Shown: one piece after another, positions 50,542-64,000 of the stretch | Layout: the number at the start of each line of letters is the position of its first letter | Numbering within the stretch: position 1 is the first letter of the stretch | Source of the DNA: Azolla caroliniana | Lineage: Eukaryota > Plantae > Polypodiophyta | Reading direction: 5' to 3' | Length of the DNA: 64,000 bases | Assembly (NCBI GenBank): GCA_043228905.1 | Contig: JBHGNT010000003.1 | Coordinates: 22,692,001 to 22,756,000 of the forward strand | Made by a program: the position numbers and the translations under genes | The notes under the pieces: generated by a model | Told to the model about the DNA's origin: nothing | What the model saw: the letters and a program-made list of their open reading frames with translations, nothing else | Databases searched by the model: none

Positions 50542-53250
50542 GTTAACATATTTTTTAATTAGTGTCATATGCATCAAACAATGCTTAAGTTACTATGTAG
50601 GAATCAAACAATGCTTAAAATCAATGCATCAAACCAAAGAACTCCATCCTTTCGAAGTTGTGAAAAAACATGAAAACAATTACTATTCATTAGTACAAGT
50701 ATTTATCATAAATGTACAAAAGATGCTTGGCGTCGATATACGATAAACACAAAGCATTAGTTGTTATAGGCATAACAAACCACACCAATTATATAGTTAA
50801 TTTTAATCAGTTAAGGGTAAGATGGTTGGGAAACTAATTGTCCTATGAACTAGGACAAACTCATAAGGACCTATGCTACATGGTAAGTTTGGGAGCCTTA
50901 AGTGCTAGGCTCTATATTATGACATATTGACACATTGTCAAGAGTTTATTGGTGAGGAACCAAAGTTCTCTTCTTTAGATATGTTATTGAATACAAGGTA
51001 TATTGACACATTATCAAGAATTTATTGGTGAGGAACCAAAGTTCTTTTCTTTGGATATGTTATTTTGTGGTATGGGAAACCGATGGTATTTTATGTTTGT
51101 CTCATGCCCTTCGGTCGAGGTGGTCAATGTGGTTTAGCACCCATGATCCATTTTTTCCCTTAATCTTGTATTATTTATCCCATCATTAGTTTGATTCGTA
51201 TATTAATTTGTCACATCCAAAATACCAATTGTTGATCATGGCATTTATCCTAATATGTATATAGTTGGTTCTAGTTCAAAGTGGAAGCTTCCATATCCTC
51301 CAAAGTTGGTTGCAGAAGCTCTAACATTGCATTTCATTGTGACCCTTATGCGAGGGGAAATTCATTTGAGTTGTTCACTTTGTACCCATCTCAAGTTCTT
51401 GGTCTAGGGAGATTGGGAATCTTGATTGGTTCTTACTTTCTTTTCGTATGAGGTATCATCAATAAGGCAAAATCATTTTTTCACAGAAAACTTTCATTGG
51501 TATACTTAGTTAAAGGGGGAAACATTTTCACTTTAGAAGTACGTCAATGCAGCAAAAGTAATCAACATCTTGCAGTGTTAGAGGTCCTTTTTTTTTGCCA
51601 ACAATGGTTTATATTATGTCTAAAGTTATTAAATTACATGATACTTCAACACAGATTTTTACCTTTTCAACTACTTTAAGTCTGCCACACCCACAACAGA
51701 TATCTCCCAAACCATTACCAAGACCAATTGTACATGGCCACCAGCCTCATGTCGGTGGAGGAAATACCTAGAGAGGTGGTTGATACCTCCAACGTATACA
51801 ACCATTAACCATGTAGGAGACAAATTTCATCCTTTCCCATCTCTTCTTAAAACGTTAGAGATCATTTTGCATTGACTTTCTTTTTATTATAACATAAATT
51901 AGATTCTTTTCAAATTTCATTGTTAGGTGTGAAAATATTTGGATGTGAACACAAAGTCCAATTCAATTTAAATATAAAATTTGTTCTTTGGATAAAATAT
52001 TGATGATATATATAAGATCCAATACAAACATAGAAAACAAAGGAGGAATCCACATATAGAATGTTTTGAGGAAAAACATGTTTTCTTTACTAATAGTGAT
52101 GTTTAAAATTTGAATGATTAAAAGCTTTATCCCATCACCATGTACACATACGTGACTGAGGTTATTATGATTTCTTTTCTTAAGTTGTGTGTCCCCTATT
52201 ATCTCAAACACAACTTACAAAAGCAGGTAATAAGATGGTGACCCTCCATTTAAGCCCTTGTCGATATACACCATTTTATTTGTAGATATACGTCATCTGA
52301 TTTTTCACATTGTACATTTTCGATATTTTAATATTTTGCAATGGCAACAACATTTCATATACACGAGTAGGAAAACATGCACTTTCCCAAGCCTATCATC
52401 TCCTATTAGTGTTTAAAATTTATCTACCCTCTTGAGATTCGACACATGAATGATTGGGACATCAAAATAAGGCATTCCCAAAATGATGGTATTGGAGATA
52501 TACAAATATATATATATACACACACACACATATACATGTAACCTGTTAGTTTGACCCCAATGTGGTGATGTGTTTGTGGGGGAAGCCAAATAGATGTGAA
52601 AACTCGTAATAGATTTTTTTAGCATCCATAGAGAGGCCAATATTGGCCCATAGGACCTAAGTACAAAAGTTATCTTGATGTATGTCTCCTTCCTAAGAAG
52701 AGATACAGAGAGACGTGAAAGAACCTAACACTTAAAAGGTGTTATCAGGACCTCATGACATGCACGCATGAGATGTTTGCACGGAATTGGCGCGCTAGAT
52801 ATGATATGTGGACACTTACGTGTCGAAGCTTGAACTTTGGCACACGATGTAAGTATAAAAGAATTAAAGAAGAACAAACAAAAGCATATCTCTGAATTAG
52901 GAGAGTGTTATCAATTCATGATGTGAAAGGAGAGGATAATTATTGTGAAGGAGACAAGCATGAAAGAGTAGAATCTTTATCCTAGTAACCCTTTGGAAGC
53001 ATTGAGTTCTAAAGAAGGAATAGAAGGAATTTTAGTGTCACGAGGATCATGTGAAGATGTGGTCACGTGACAAAACCCTCCTCTAGCTTTAATTTGTGTT
53101 TGTTTGTGTGTGTATATATATAGGCATGTAAGCCCAAGTAAATTATACCTTCAAATTTGGAGGCCCCCTCTCAAAGGCAACGAAAAGGCCATACACACAT
53201 AGCCACTACTAATTCATTAGTTTAGTAGCTTAATTAAGAGGCAGAATCAC

Positions 53251-53410
53251 AAGAAAGTTTCATCATCATGTATAATGATACAAATCCCTAGCTAATAATC
53301 AAAAGAAGTTTCATCATTATCATGTATATTGATACAAATCCCTAGCTAATAATCAAAAGAAGTTTCATCATGATCATGATGTATATTGATACAAATCACT
53401 AGCTAATAAT
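53251..53410. repeat. ~55-bp tandem repeat x3 immediately upstream of the LPR start codon
   Basis: AAGAAGTTTCATCAT..ATGTATATTGATACAAATCCCTAGCTAATAATC repeated. Confidence 0.85.
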
Positions 53411-53459
53411 TTCACTCAACATAAACATTTGGATGGTGTTGATGCCGATTAGCGTGAGC

Positions 53460-54764
53460 ATGGATCGAATGCGGTTATTATTGCACGGATTAGTGTTGAT
53501 GATTCTCATTAGTGCTGATAATGTGATTAGCAATTCAAATGACGGTAACGATCTTACCGTGTGCGAGGCTCCATCACCTGCCTTGGACCCATTTGTTGAT
53601 GAGATCACATTTCCTAGCTACATTTCTCTCTCCTCTCAACAACCTAACATCACTCTGGGTGCTTTCAGAATCTCTCAGGTACATCCGAAGTTTTAACTCC
53701 TCCTTAGCATCTAATCTTTTCCTCGAATTCGTCTCGAGTGATATCGATCGAGCTTGTCTAATCGCCACTTGCTTAGGATTAATCGATGCCAAACATTCAT
53801 TTAATTGTTCATTCGATTTGATTGATGACCATTGATTATTTTACTTATCAATGTATTAAATGCTTGTTTCATGGTTAAATGTATGTTTATTGCAGAAGGT
53901 GCATCGTGATCTTCCCAACACTACTCTATATGCATTTGGAACCACTCTACAAACTGCTTCCTTCCCTGGCCCTACACTACTTGTAATTAACAACTTGCTC
54001 TCTCTAATCACACACACACACACACACACACACTTTGTTCTTTTTATCGTAATTTGCTCTCTCCCTCTGTCTGTCTGATCTTAGCATGCATGGTAAGTTT
54101 ATTGTCAATAGCCCCAAGTTAACAAAGGTTTTTGTGTGCTTTTGAAAAAGCTGTCTCTCTAAATAAGGGATAAAAAAAAGGAGTATTAAACCTTTGAAAC
54201 AATAGGCCTTAAGGTAGCTTCAAACATTCCAATCATAGATACAATGAATTTGGGTTCCTCGCCCACTTGGAATCGAGAAAGAGCTGTTTCGAAATTACAG
54301 CTCAATCATATAGATAGGAGTTGTGAATTTTGTTACTCGTTATCTCGCGCATTCATTCGAAAGCATGTCATTCGAGGAGGACACATATATGTATCCAATC
54401 AAAGAACACTTCGTGATGCATCACAGAGCGAAAGCTACCTCTTCAACGATTTGTGACACATTGATCCGTGCACATTCTCTTCGATGTAAGATTGGGTGTC
54501 AAGTGAGCCCATGTGAGATCAACACGCATTAGACCATATACATGTTTTCTCCCCTAACATGTGTGCAAGGCCAAATAATCATCACACTACTAATATGCTC
54601 CACCTTTGACCACATTCAAGTTTGCTTTCCCCACATTTGTAACCTTGACCTATTGTTAATATGTACATAGTCTCTCTCCCCAAGCTGAGAATATGCAAGT
54701 TCTTAGTCGCAACATTCACATATGTATGTATGTATGTATGTATGCATGTATGGGTGTATCTATG

Positions 54765-54815
<51 letters not shown>

Positions 54816-57800
54816 GTGTGTGTATTTGTCAATCCATACGTGCATGAGAAATGTTGTCTATCTATGCATATATGTATGTCTAATTGAATGTTTACATGTA
54901 TGTGTGCATGTATAATGTATGTATATTCAATCTATCCATATGTGCATGAGAATGGTGTCTATATGTATGTGTGTATTTGCATATTTATACGTATGTATGT
55001 ATAATTGTGTATTTTATCTCAGGTTGTACTCTAAATTCGTTTTTCAAGATGGAAAATGTAAGCCACAAAATATATGATTGTTTGACAAGGGTGGTCTGCT
55101 AAGAAGTACCCCCTTCCTTTTTCAGGGAAAAAGAAAAAGGAATTACCCCGTTCCCCAATGCCCAATAATGTTGTTTTGTGCCTAGTGCAATCTATAATAA
55201 TTGTGAATCATTGTGAATTACATTGTCATGTGATTTTACTAGCATACGGTTGAGAAAGTGGCATATGGCCTTGAGGCCTAGTTAAAAACTCACATGTATT
55301 ATTCAAACATATCTAGTATGCAATATTATTCCCTTGAATGGTTAAGATTTGCTCGACTCTTGTTTGGCTAGACAAAATTCACACTTTCCAAGCTCAAAGG
55401 TAATGCGGTTACTTTTCTCTTATCGAAGTACAACAATATTATTTTTTGTCACAATCTGACTATTGGAACAATTTTTCAGATTTGTGTTCCATTCTCAGGC
55501 ATGGATAACTTATTCTCATATAATTTATTTGTATACAAGCAGTAGTGGAAAGGCAAAACTTTGGTTACTATGGGAATAGGATCAATTTCAATGTTGATTT
55601 TATTGATTTGAACTTTTTAAGGGGTAGTTTGTAAAATGAACGTTGTTAGACAACACACACACACACACACAAAGTTTGTAGGCAATGTTGGACATTATAT
55701 GCATATAAATACATACATAAATAATATAAGGACAAGAGAATATACATTACATGCATGCATATATTTATGAATGCTAAGCATTCGGGGCATTTATAAGCAG
55801 TTAATTCATTTGTTGGAATATATTACGTTGTGTGCACGTATTTATGAATGCTAGGCATTCAAGGCATTCATAAGTTGTTAATTCATTGGAATATATTAAT
55901 AATTACATTGTGTGCCCTCGTTGTCATGTTATGAATTTTACCTTCTCTATAATACTTACTTTAAGCCAGCCTAATGATCTTAAATGCCTCAAGCAAATTC
56001 TAATATCCATTTTAATACATAGGGCACATATGTAGATATGTTTACTTTTCCATAAATTTAACTAGTGAAGAAAGTGCAGTGTTCTTGTCTCAAGACATTC
56101 GCATCGAAATGTGTGCATTTAATCAAGCTCAAATAGAAGCTATAGTCTTGAGTAAACCGTACCAATCTTTTCACAAGAAAACTTTGCCATTATTTGTCGC
56201 ACTAGCTTGTGGATCATTAGTGTCGGTTCAATATCCAAGACATAGTTTGATATGAACATATATAAAGTGAGTTGAATTGAATAGCTTTACTATACATAAA
56301 CTAGGGAGAATTGGGAAAGTGGTTTGTCCAAACCATGAACATATATAAAGTGAGTTGAATTGAACACCTTTATTATAAATAAACTATGGAGAATTGGCAA
56401 GTTCCAATATCATTACAAGATGCCAATGTTAATACATAACATAGATACTTGTGTATACTACATGTTTGTGTTTACATGTATGTCGCGGGATTTGCAAACG
56501 CACACCTTTCAACATCTCCACCTAGCTAAAGTCCATATCTACAAAGCATATTACCACATTAGATGTCGCCACACATGTGGTCTCATTTTTACATCTTTAA
56601 CAAGCTCAAAGTGTATTTTAGATATACAATACAAATTTACAAGTACACAATGGCCTAAATGCTTTATTTATTTGAGTGTAAATTTGGATAATGTTAGTCA
56701 AGATATTTGCTTCTTTTTATGCACATGAATCTTACAAAACTCTAGTTTCTATGTAGAGAAATAAGAAGAATTTCACTCTTTTCATTACTATCGGAATGTT
56801 CATTTGCTCATCTTTTTTATATGTATGCGCGTATTTATATATAACATATACACACATGATGATGACAAGATTTCGAATGTAGGCACAAGTGGGTATTCCC
56901 GCATATGTGAGGTGGGAGAACCACATTGAAGATTCATCCCACTTACTTGGGACTGACAATGCAATTCCATGGGCCAATCCGAGCCAAGGGGGTGTGCCAA
57001 TAGTCGCCCATTTGCATGGTGCACAAGTCGAGAGTCCATCAGATGGGCACCCTAACGCATGGTTTACTCACCTCAACGAAACAGGGGAAACTTATGTGAA
57101 ACAGGACTATACTTATCATAATCAGCAAAGCGCGGCTATGTTATGGTACCACGATCACACACATGGTATTACTCGGTTGAATCTCTTCGCGGGCTTGATG
57201 GGCATGTATATCTTGGTGGATGGGGCTCCCTCTTCGTCGTTTACTTCGTCTTATTACAATGACGAGGAAGAGCAGCAACTACCCATTGGTTTACCGCTAT
57301 TGATCCGAGACTGGAAATTCTCTGAGAACGGGTCTTTAAACTTTCCTCTGTATGGGACGTCGGGGACGATCCTGAGGTGGTGCGCTGAATACGGAGACGT
57401 GATGGTTGTGAACGGAGTGGCAGTTCCATACCTGAGGGTTCTACCGGGGACATACCGCTTCCGGCTCCTCAACGGGTGCAACGCGAGGTTCCTGGAGCTC
57501 TCCCTGAGCCATCCGTCATTATATTTCTTGCAGATCGGGGGAGACGGCGGGACCTTCCTTCCTCACACCCGGAACCTGACCACTCTTCTGTTCGCGCCAG
57601 GCGAACGAGTGGACGCTCTGATCGACTTCTCAGATCTCGAAGACGGCACGGAGATCATTGTCATCAACACGGGCCCCGCGCCTTTCCCGATCGGGAAACT
57701 CGCTTATTCCACGAACGGGACCTTCTATGTCATGAAATTCGTGGTCGACAGCTCCTACGGGATCCTCGAAGGTCTTGTCAACAACACTTCGATTGGTAAG

Positions 57801-58805
57801 ACTCAAGAAGCTGCTCGATCCATGGTGGATATGGCTCCTCGATTAGGGTTCCGTCCCACGGATCGCCATTCTACACAGAGAAGTTCCATGCCAGGTTTAG
57901 GGTTCGAATCCAACTCGCATGAGAGCGATTCTTCCTCGCGAAGAAGAAGACATGTTAGGCACAAAAATGCTGATTTAGTTCGTCAATCCAGCTCACCCCA
58001 ACGAAGAAAGCACAGATCGATGCGTGCTCATTTAGGGTTTCCATCCAACATAGACGCCTTATTGTCGTCGTCTTCTTCCTCCTCGGCAACTGATCGAACT
58101 AGCCAAATTACCGAATTACAGAGAGAATCCATGTTCCTATCTTCTCAACTAAGCAAATCCGTGCCCAAAACACCATTTTTAAGCGAAATCAGTTCTGTTT
58201 CCAAACCTCTAGCTGATCTCGGACCCATCATAGCTTCTGAGGCACAGACAGCTATGTTCATTGATAGGAGTACTAGCAAGAATGATATGAGGATGAACGA
58301 GAATATAACGGTTCGAGGATTTACAATGCGTTCTTTTCAAGGTCTCCATGGCGAGCCGAACCATCTCCTTCTCAACAACAAATCATGGAGTGATCCCATT
58401 ATTGATTTCCCAACAGTTGGAAGCACAGAGATATGGGAGCTTATCAATCTTGGCGCAGATGCACACAACATGCACATCCACCTTGTTCATTTCAAAGTGA
58501 TAAACCAACAATCTTTCTCGAGTATCGATTACGAAGCAGAGAGGTGCGCCTTCGATCTTCCGTATCCACATCCCAACAGTTGCTTCACTGAGGAACCACA
58601 AGTACCCGAATATTCGAGCTATGCTTGGAAAGACACTGTGATCGCATGGCCTGGCAATGTGACTAGACTTCTGCTCAGATTTACTTCCATGGATGGATCT
58701 TCGTTTCCTTTCAATCCCACACTTGAACCTGGCTACCTTTGGCATTGCCACACAGGTGACCATGAAGACTATGAGATGATGAGACCGTTCCAGTTACGTT
58801 TCTAA
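53460..58805 (+). CDS. LPR1/LPR2-type (CotA/bilirubin-oxidase-like) multicopper oxidase
   Basis: Exons 53460 (or 53433)-53678, 53896-53982 and 56883-58805, all phase 0. Signal-peptide-like N-terminus, LDPFVDE, HRDLPNT, FPGPTL. Copper motifs HLHG, WYHDH, HNMHIHL and HCHTGDHEDYEMMRP are all intact. Confidence 0.93.
54715..55010. repeat. (TATG)n/(TG)n microsatellite-rich intron segment
   Basis: Seen directly in the sequence. Confidence 0.9.
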
Positions 58806-59447
58806 AAATCAGTTGTCCCATCACCATCATTTGAGCATAAAAATGTAATGATGCTTTTTTGCTTACAATCACGGCTATGTTTTCTAGGCCCTATGATCCC
58901 TTATGTCAAGCCATTACCACAGTAGTAAGCTTTAATAATACTACGTGATGATGAGGCCATTTCAATTACATTTCTAAAGGCAATTATTCATCAATCAAAC
59001 ATAGAAACATGATGATTTGCTGCTTTGGATATTTTTTCTAAGCCCTATCATCCGAAGCTTTTTCTTTTACTCCATGTAGCATAGACAAGTCTGCTCCACA
59101 AATTTGTCGCATATAACTATCATAGCTTCTTTTTTGGCCCTATGATCCTTCAGGCAAAGGTTTTGCCTGCCAAATGTTTATGTTAAAATCCCTCCTCTCC
59201 ATTGTAGTAGCTTTGCTCTGTGAATACACATCATCTCTCTTCAATACATCATGCATACAATAAAAAATAGATTGTTTTTGTTTTTCAAAACATTAAGAAA
59301 TCTTTAACACTTCGGTCTGCATAGTATTAGTGTTTTGTAATGTAATGCCAGGCTAATGGCAAACTTTGCCTGTGAATTGATTGAATTAGATGCTTTCAGA
59401 TTTTAATACAGCAACGATACAATTATGCTGTCTATAAATCAAAGAGA

Positions 59448-61292
59448 CTATTCATCTTTATGATCAGTCTTCTCATTTGCTTTTCTTGATTGTGCTATGC
59501 GTATGCATTCACCTTGAAGATCACCCAATATCTCTTTAACGAGCTTAGCAGTTACACCTCTTACATATGCATTCAATGGCCAAGGAGGCACAATAGATGG
59601 TTCAACAACTTGATTAAATGTTATCAATGACCATATTTCCTCTGTTTCTAGGCTTTCATTATTACTGTCATTGCTACAACTGGCAGTGAACGCATCAATC
59701 TTCCATGAACCTGAGAATTTCTTCATCATTCCTTGCCTCAACAGATCAAATAGCATCTACAAAGAAACAAGTGAGGGCATTTTTGTTTAACCGAAGGCAA
59801 ATTAGTTATGAACAAACTTTAGGATAAAGCAAATTGTGATTGAAAACTCACGGTATGTTGATCTCGGTTTTGTTCCACAATAACTCGGGATGAGAATGAT
59901 CCCGAAAATACTAGGAAACGCCATCCAGCCACCTGTTCCACTTCAACAATTTGTTTGTTTCCATCATCTTGGAGGACTTTCCTATAAGTAACTTCCTGAT
60001 GAGACAGTAATGAAGATTAATTTTGAAGGACAAAATAAATCCAATGAATACTCCATTAAATTTTTACGGCTTAGGAACGATTAAATTATTAAATCACTCA
60101 TAATTTATGCCCTTTCCCAATCCAGTCAATTGGATTATGTCAATTGAATATAATTATTGAATCATCTGCTTAATGCAAAATGGAAAGAATCAAATCGCCA
60201 CCATATAGTTACATGAATGAACAAAATGCAAATACATTAAGTAATAGAATGATTAAGTTTAGAGATATTGGATGCATTTCGTGGTAAAAAAGGTCATTAC
60301 CTGTCCTGATGAGAGAGAGTGAGAAAGAGAGAGCTCAAAAAACAAGGCAATATGATAGGGAGTGGCAATGTTGTCTTATATCTGATTAATAAACATTTCA
60401 GGGCATTTCTAAAATTTCATCAATTAGCAGTACAGAATCATGATCTGAAAGTTCAACATGTATTTTTACAAGAATTTTTTCCTGAATCTTCATTACGTGT
60501 TGCTTTGAATGGAAAATCTATAACCCATCTCTACTCATGTCATCAATGCCTAACGGTATCTAGGAAATAAAAGAACCGACTGATTTTTGCTTTTTTACAC
60601 AAACCAATACATTTCAGCTTCATTTTAACTTTTCCTTTATTGTCACAACAATCCGAAACATAAGAATGAGATTTTTTGTTTCTGAATAGCAATTCCTTAC
60701 CTTTCATACTCTTGTAAAGATAACAAAAAAATAATACCATAAATGGGTTTTTTTCCTCAAGGGAAGTTTCACATGGTCACAAAATGTTATTCCAAAAGTT
60801 AATCCAGGAACAACTCCAAAAAGCACCCGACTTTCTCTTTAATTTCTGAGTTTACATTAATTCCCAAAATGCCCTGCATCAACACCTGCCTCTCGAGCAG
60901 TTGTATGACCAATTTGAAGAAAAAAATCCAATTTTCTCAATTATATATGGTATTGGATCAATATATTGCAGAAGCCTCTGAAACGACATATCTAACTGAA
61001 CAGATACAACCCTAAATCTAAAAACACAGACACGATGATAAAAATAGAGAAGAAGAAGAAGAAGAAAATATTTCTATAAATCCTGACTTACCTTGATATT
61101 CTTGAAGACGCGTTTGTTTTCAGGATCGGTAATGAGATCATACACATCATCAGGCGGGACAGGAACAGAGAAACAGGAATGGATCTCACAGAAGGACCCA
61201 TTCCTCTGAGTGACTGAGACTTCTGGAAGCTTCCATGGATCCTCCGATCCTTCTGTTGCACGGATGCGAGAGGAGTCGGTCGTTGTTGACAT
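59448..61292 (-). CDS. DUF220 / polyketide cyclase-like (START/SRPBCC superfamily) protein, ~217 aa
   Basis: Exons 61292-61092, 59995-59852 and 59756-59448, phase 0, GT-AG. Motifs [52 protein letters not shown] and VEPSIVPPWPLNAYVRG. An in-frame stop precedes the ATG. Confidence 0.9.
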
Positions 61293-64000
61293 GACCGGAT
61301 CTCAGTGGTGTGTCTCGAGCTTTTTCCATGGCCACAAAGGTTCGCTATTTCATTCACGTTATGGAAATTACAGAAAATACCCCTCCTCACTTGGCGCCTA
61401 GACTCTAGTCCAGGGCATGTCTATTTTTCGAAATTCCCAAGATACCCCTGGATCTTTCTTTAGGGTCCAACCACACCTCCTCTAGGGGCTTTTCCTGAGT
61501 ACCTTGTCACGAGAGCATACATATTGCGACAATTTTAAAGATTCGAGCTCGCGACCTCCTTGGCTAAGATATGGTCTAGCCTTTAATATGAATTCCTTCA
61601 AAATGACTTATTATGGGATTGTCTTCAATGTGAGTCTAGCCATTGGAGAGTCATTGCCTATACATATTCTATTTTATTGAAGTTTTGGAGTTTGAGTATC
61701 GAACTTTATTACAATGTGATGTCCTCAACCACGTTCGAGTTTGCTTTCCATGCGTTGTCAATCTTGCCCATTCATGGCATACATTCCTCTCACGACTCAC
61801 AATCACTAAGTGCGCTCTCAATTATAACATTCATTAGTAAAATATTTATCCATCAAGAATCACCATTAAATTCCTCAATGTTATGTAGAAGTGTTTCATT
61901 TTTGCTCCCATCAATCATATTTGTGCTTGCGAGGATCACGTAGTATAACTCTTGTGGTGTCATAGGTCATACTTGGCCTTTGAGGATGAGGATGGTAATG
62001 AAATCTACCAATATGCATCTTTCTTTCATGCTTCTTGAGTAACACACACTACTTCAACACCATCTTCAATCACACTTGAGTTTGGTTTACCATATCTTCA
62101 ACCCAAACTATCATTACACATTTATATCTCAATTGCAATGTGCAACCTAATCACAAGCTTCATTAAATTCTTCAGTGTCGAGAGTCATTAATAAACTCTG
62201 CATAGGTCCTAGAAGTCATGTTTGACATCTCAATAAAATGTGGGCATTTCATGTTATTATTATAAATCACTTCACCCCAAGATGTGAAGCATCCAATGCC
62301 ATTACATTGTGTCCTTGATGACATCAATCACCAAATGCACCAATCTCCCACCCTTAAAGTTTGTCGATGTAATTAGGTCTTAGGTACATATGAATGCCTT
62401 TCATAGTAGAAACACAAACTTATGGAAGTTGCATAAATCATAGACATAGGCACTCCAGTCTCTTACTAGCGTCTATTATGAAAATCATTTACCATGTCAC
62501 ACGTTATATTGTTTTATTGGCCACCAAAAAGGAAAATTTCTTCCATTATTTCGTTTATTCAATTATCATACCCTTTTTATTAAATCTTAAGCAAATAAGA
62601 AAAACTTGAAATGAACTTTAAGGACTCTGGACTTAATATATGTATGTATGAATGTACGTACGTACGTATGTATGTATGTAATATATGCTCATTCAAATGT
62701 ACATCAATTTCTTGACAATCATGAATGAGTTGAGTTGCATATAAGACAAGAAAAATGGTTCAAGTTTAGGTAAGTGGGGCATCAAACATGTCTCAATCTT
62801 TGTGAAATCGTCACTCTTGTCTTTGACTTTTTTGTCTTTGTCTCTATCATTATCACTATTTACTAAAAACATTCTTGGTTGCATCTCTTGTAATGAATAT
62901 TTCCTATGCATTTGTTGCATATCAATTAACATAGAATATGCTACTAAACAAACATATTGCAAATTAGTGGACAATTGCTCCAGCACATATTCTATCCGCA
63001 AGTTGATGCCACATTCTTAATAATATAATTGACATTGATTGTTAAGAGCACAACATGGCACGACTAAAATATCTAAATGGGCTTTTGGGAACTATATCGA
63101 CAACTAAAATGAGTTACTTTCATTTACAGATTTTGTCTTGGCTTGCAAAATGGGACAATATGTGACCTCGTAACTCCCTTTTGCTAATGGTTTATATCAA
63201 TCATTAACAAAGAAATTAGCATTTTATTCTAAAAACTTCCTAAACTATCATATATCTATTTTTGTTTCTCTAAGTAAGACATAATTATTTTTTATTTTGG
63301 AAATGTGCATGATTTCGATTATTTTATGTGTGCATTGTAGATGCATATCAAAGGATTAAAATATTGTATCCCTCCTATTGGTCATGAAAAATGGACAAAT
63401 CTTGCACTCTTTGAATATAAACTTTAGATAGAATAGATCTTGTTATAGAGAAGCATTGATTAATTAACCTACACCATTCTTCCTTATTAAGAGGAATTGA
63501 TTTTTGCAAACCTTTAGAAGTTGTTGCATTTTATTGGAGATCATTACAAGGTGGACACATGTTGATTCTTCTTTATCTATCACAACCAATGTACATCCAT
63601 TATAAATATGTATGGGAAATAGAATTTGTGAAGTATCACGTAAGTTGTTGCATTATAAAGTGGTGTAGTTTTTCAACCTATCCTCCTTTGATAGAAGCTA
63701 ATGTATCACATTTGATTGCATAAAATCTACTGTAAATTATCTTGCAGCTAAATGACAACAATATGCCATTAATTGGCGACAAAAATTTATTGGAGCATTT
63801 CATAAATAAAATCATAAAATATTAGTGATTACAAATTGTCAATTTTCAAATCCCATATGCACAAGGTAAAAAACACTTAAGGCAGAATACATTTTACATA
63901 AAATGAACCAAACATTCAAGTGCAAGTGGTCTCAAGCATAAGCTCATACTAATCACATAACGTATCAGAAGCTATAATTACCAAAAACATAGAACACAAC

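Noticed and set aside
48000-52600. Genes or identifiable transposase in short ORFs
   Set aside because: No recognisable motifs. Probably old TE debris, but I cannot assign a family.
61600-64000. ORF 62693-63001 and neighbours as a gene or transposase
   Set aside because: Fragmentary, with no motif I can support without a search.

Overview
Eukaryotic land-plant nuclear DNA with spliced genes; a fern or other non-seed plant is plausible but that is inference only. Bases 1-13.55 kb are a nest of decayed LTR retroelements. It holds two related minus-strand Ty1/copia copies: A runs off the left edge, and B is complete at 7092-12573 with LTRs, PBS, PPT and a CTTCA TSD. It also holds a copia gag/LTR remnant (C), a probable solo LTR, and two ~1-1.2 kb TG...CA elements (called X1 and X2 here) with 12-bp terminal inverted repeats, 4-bp TSDs and an internal tRNA-like A-box/B-box cassette. 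The rest of the window is genic, in this order: an IDM1-like Agenet/PHD/GNAT gene followed by a 481-codon ORF of ~33 x 14-aa repeats that may be its last exon; a 5'-truncated tomosyn/LGL-like relic with an intact R-SNARE end; a LINE RT fragment just upstream of that relic; a 6 x 295-bp tandem array apparently repeating the promoter and first exon of a WVD2-like (TPX2 family) gene, which has a likely U12 intron; an LPR1/2-type multicopper oxidase with a large Ser/Arg-rich insert; and a DUF220/START-like gene on the minus strand. All exon models were built by eye from GT-AG sites, reading phase and remembered family motifs. No database search was run.
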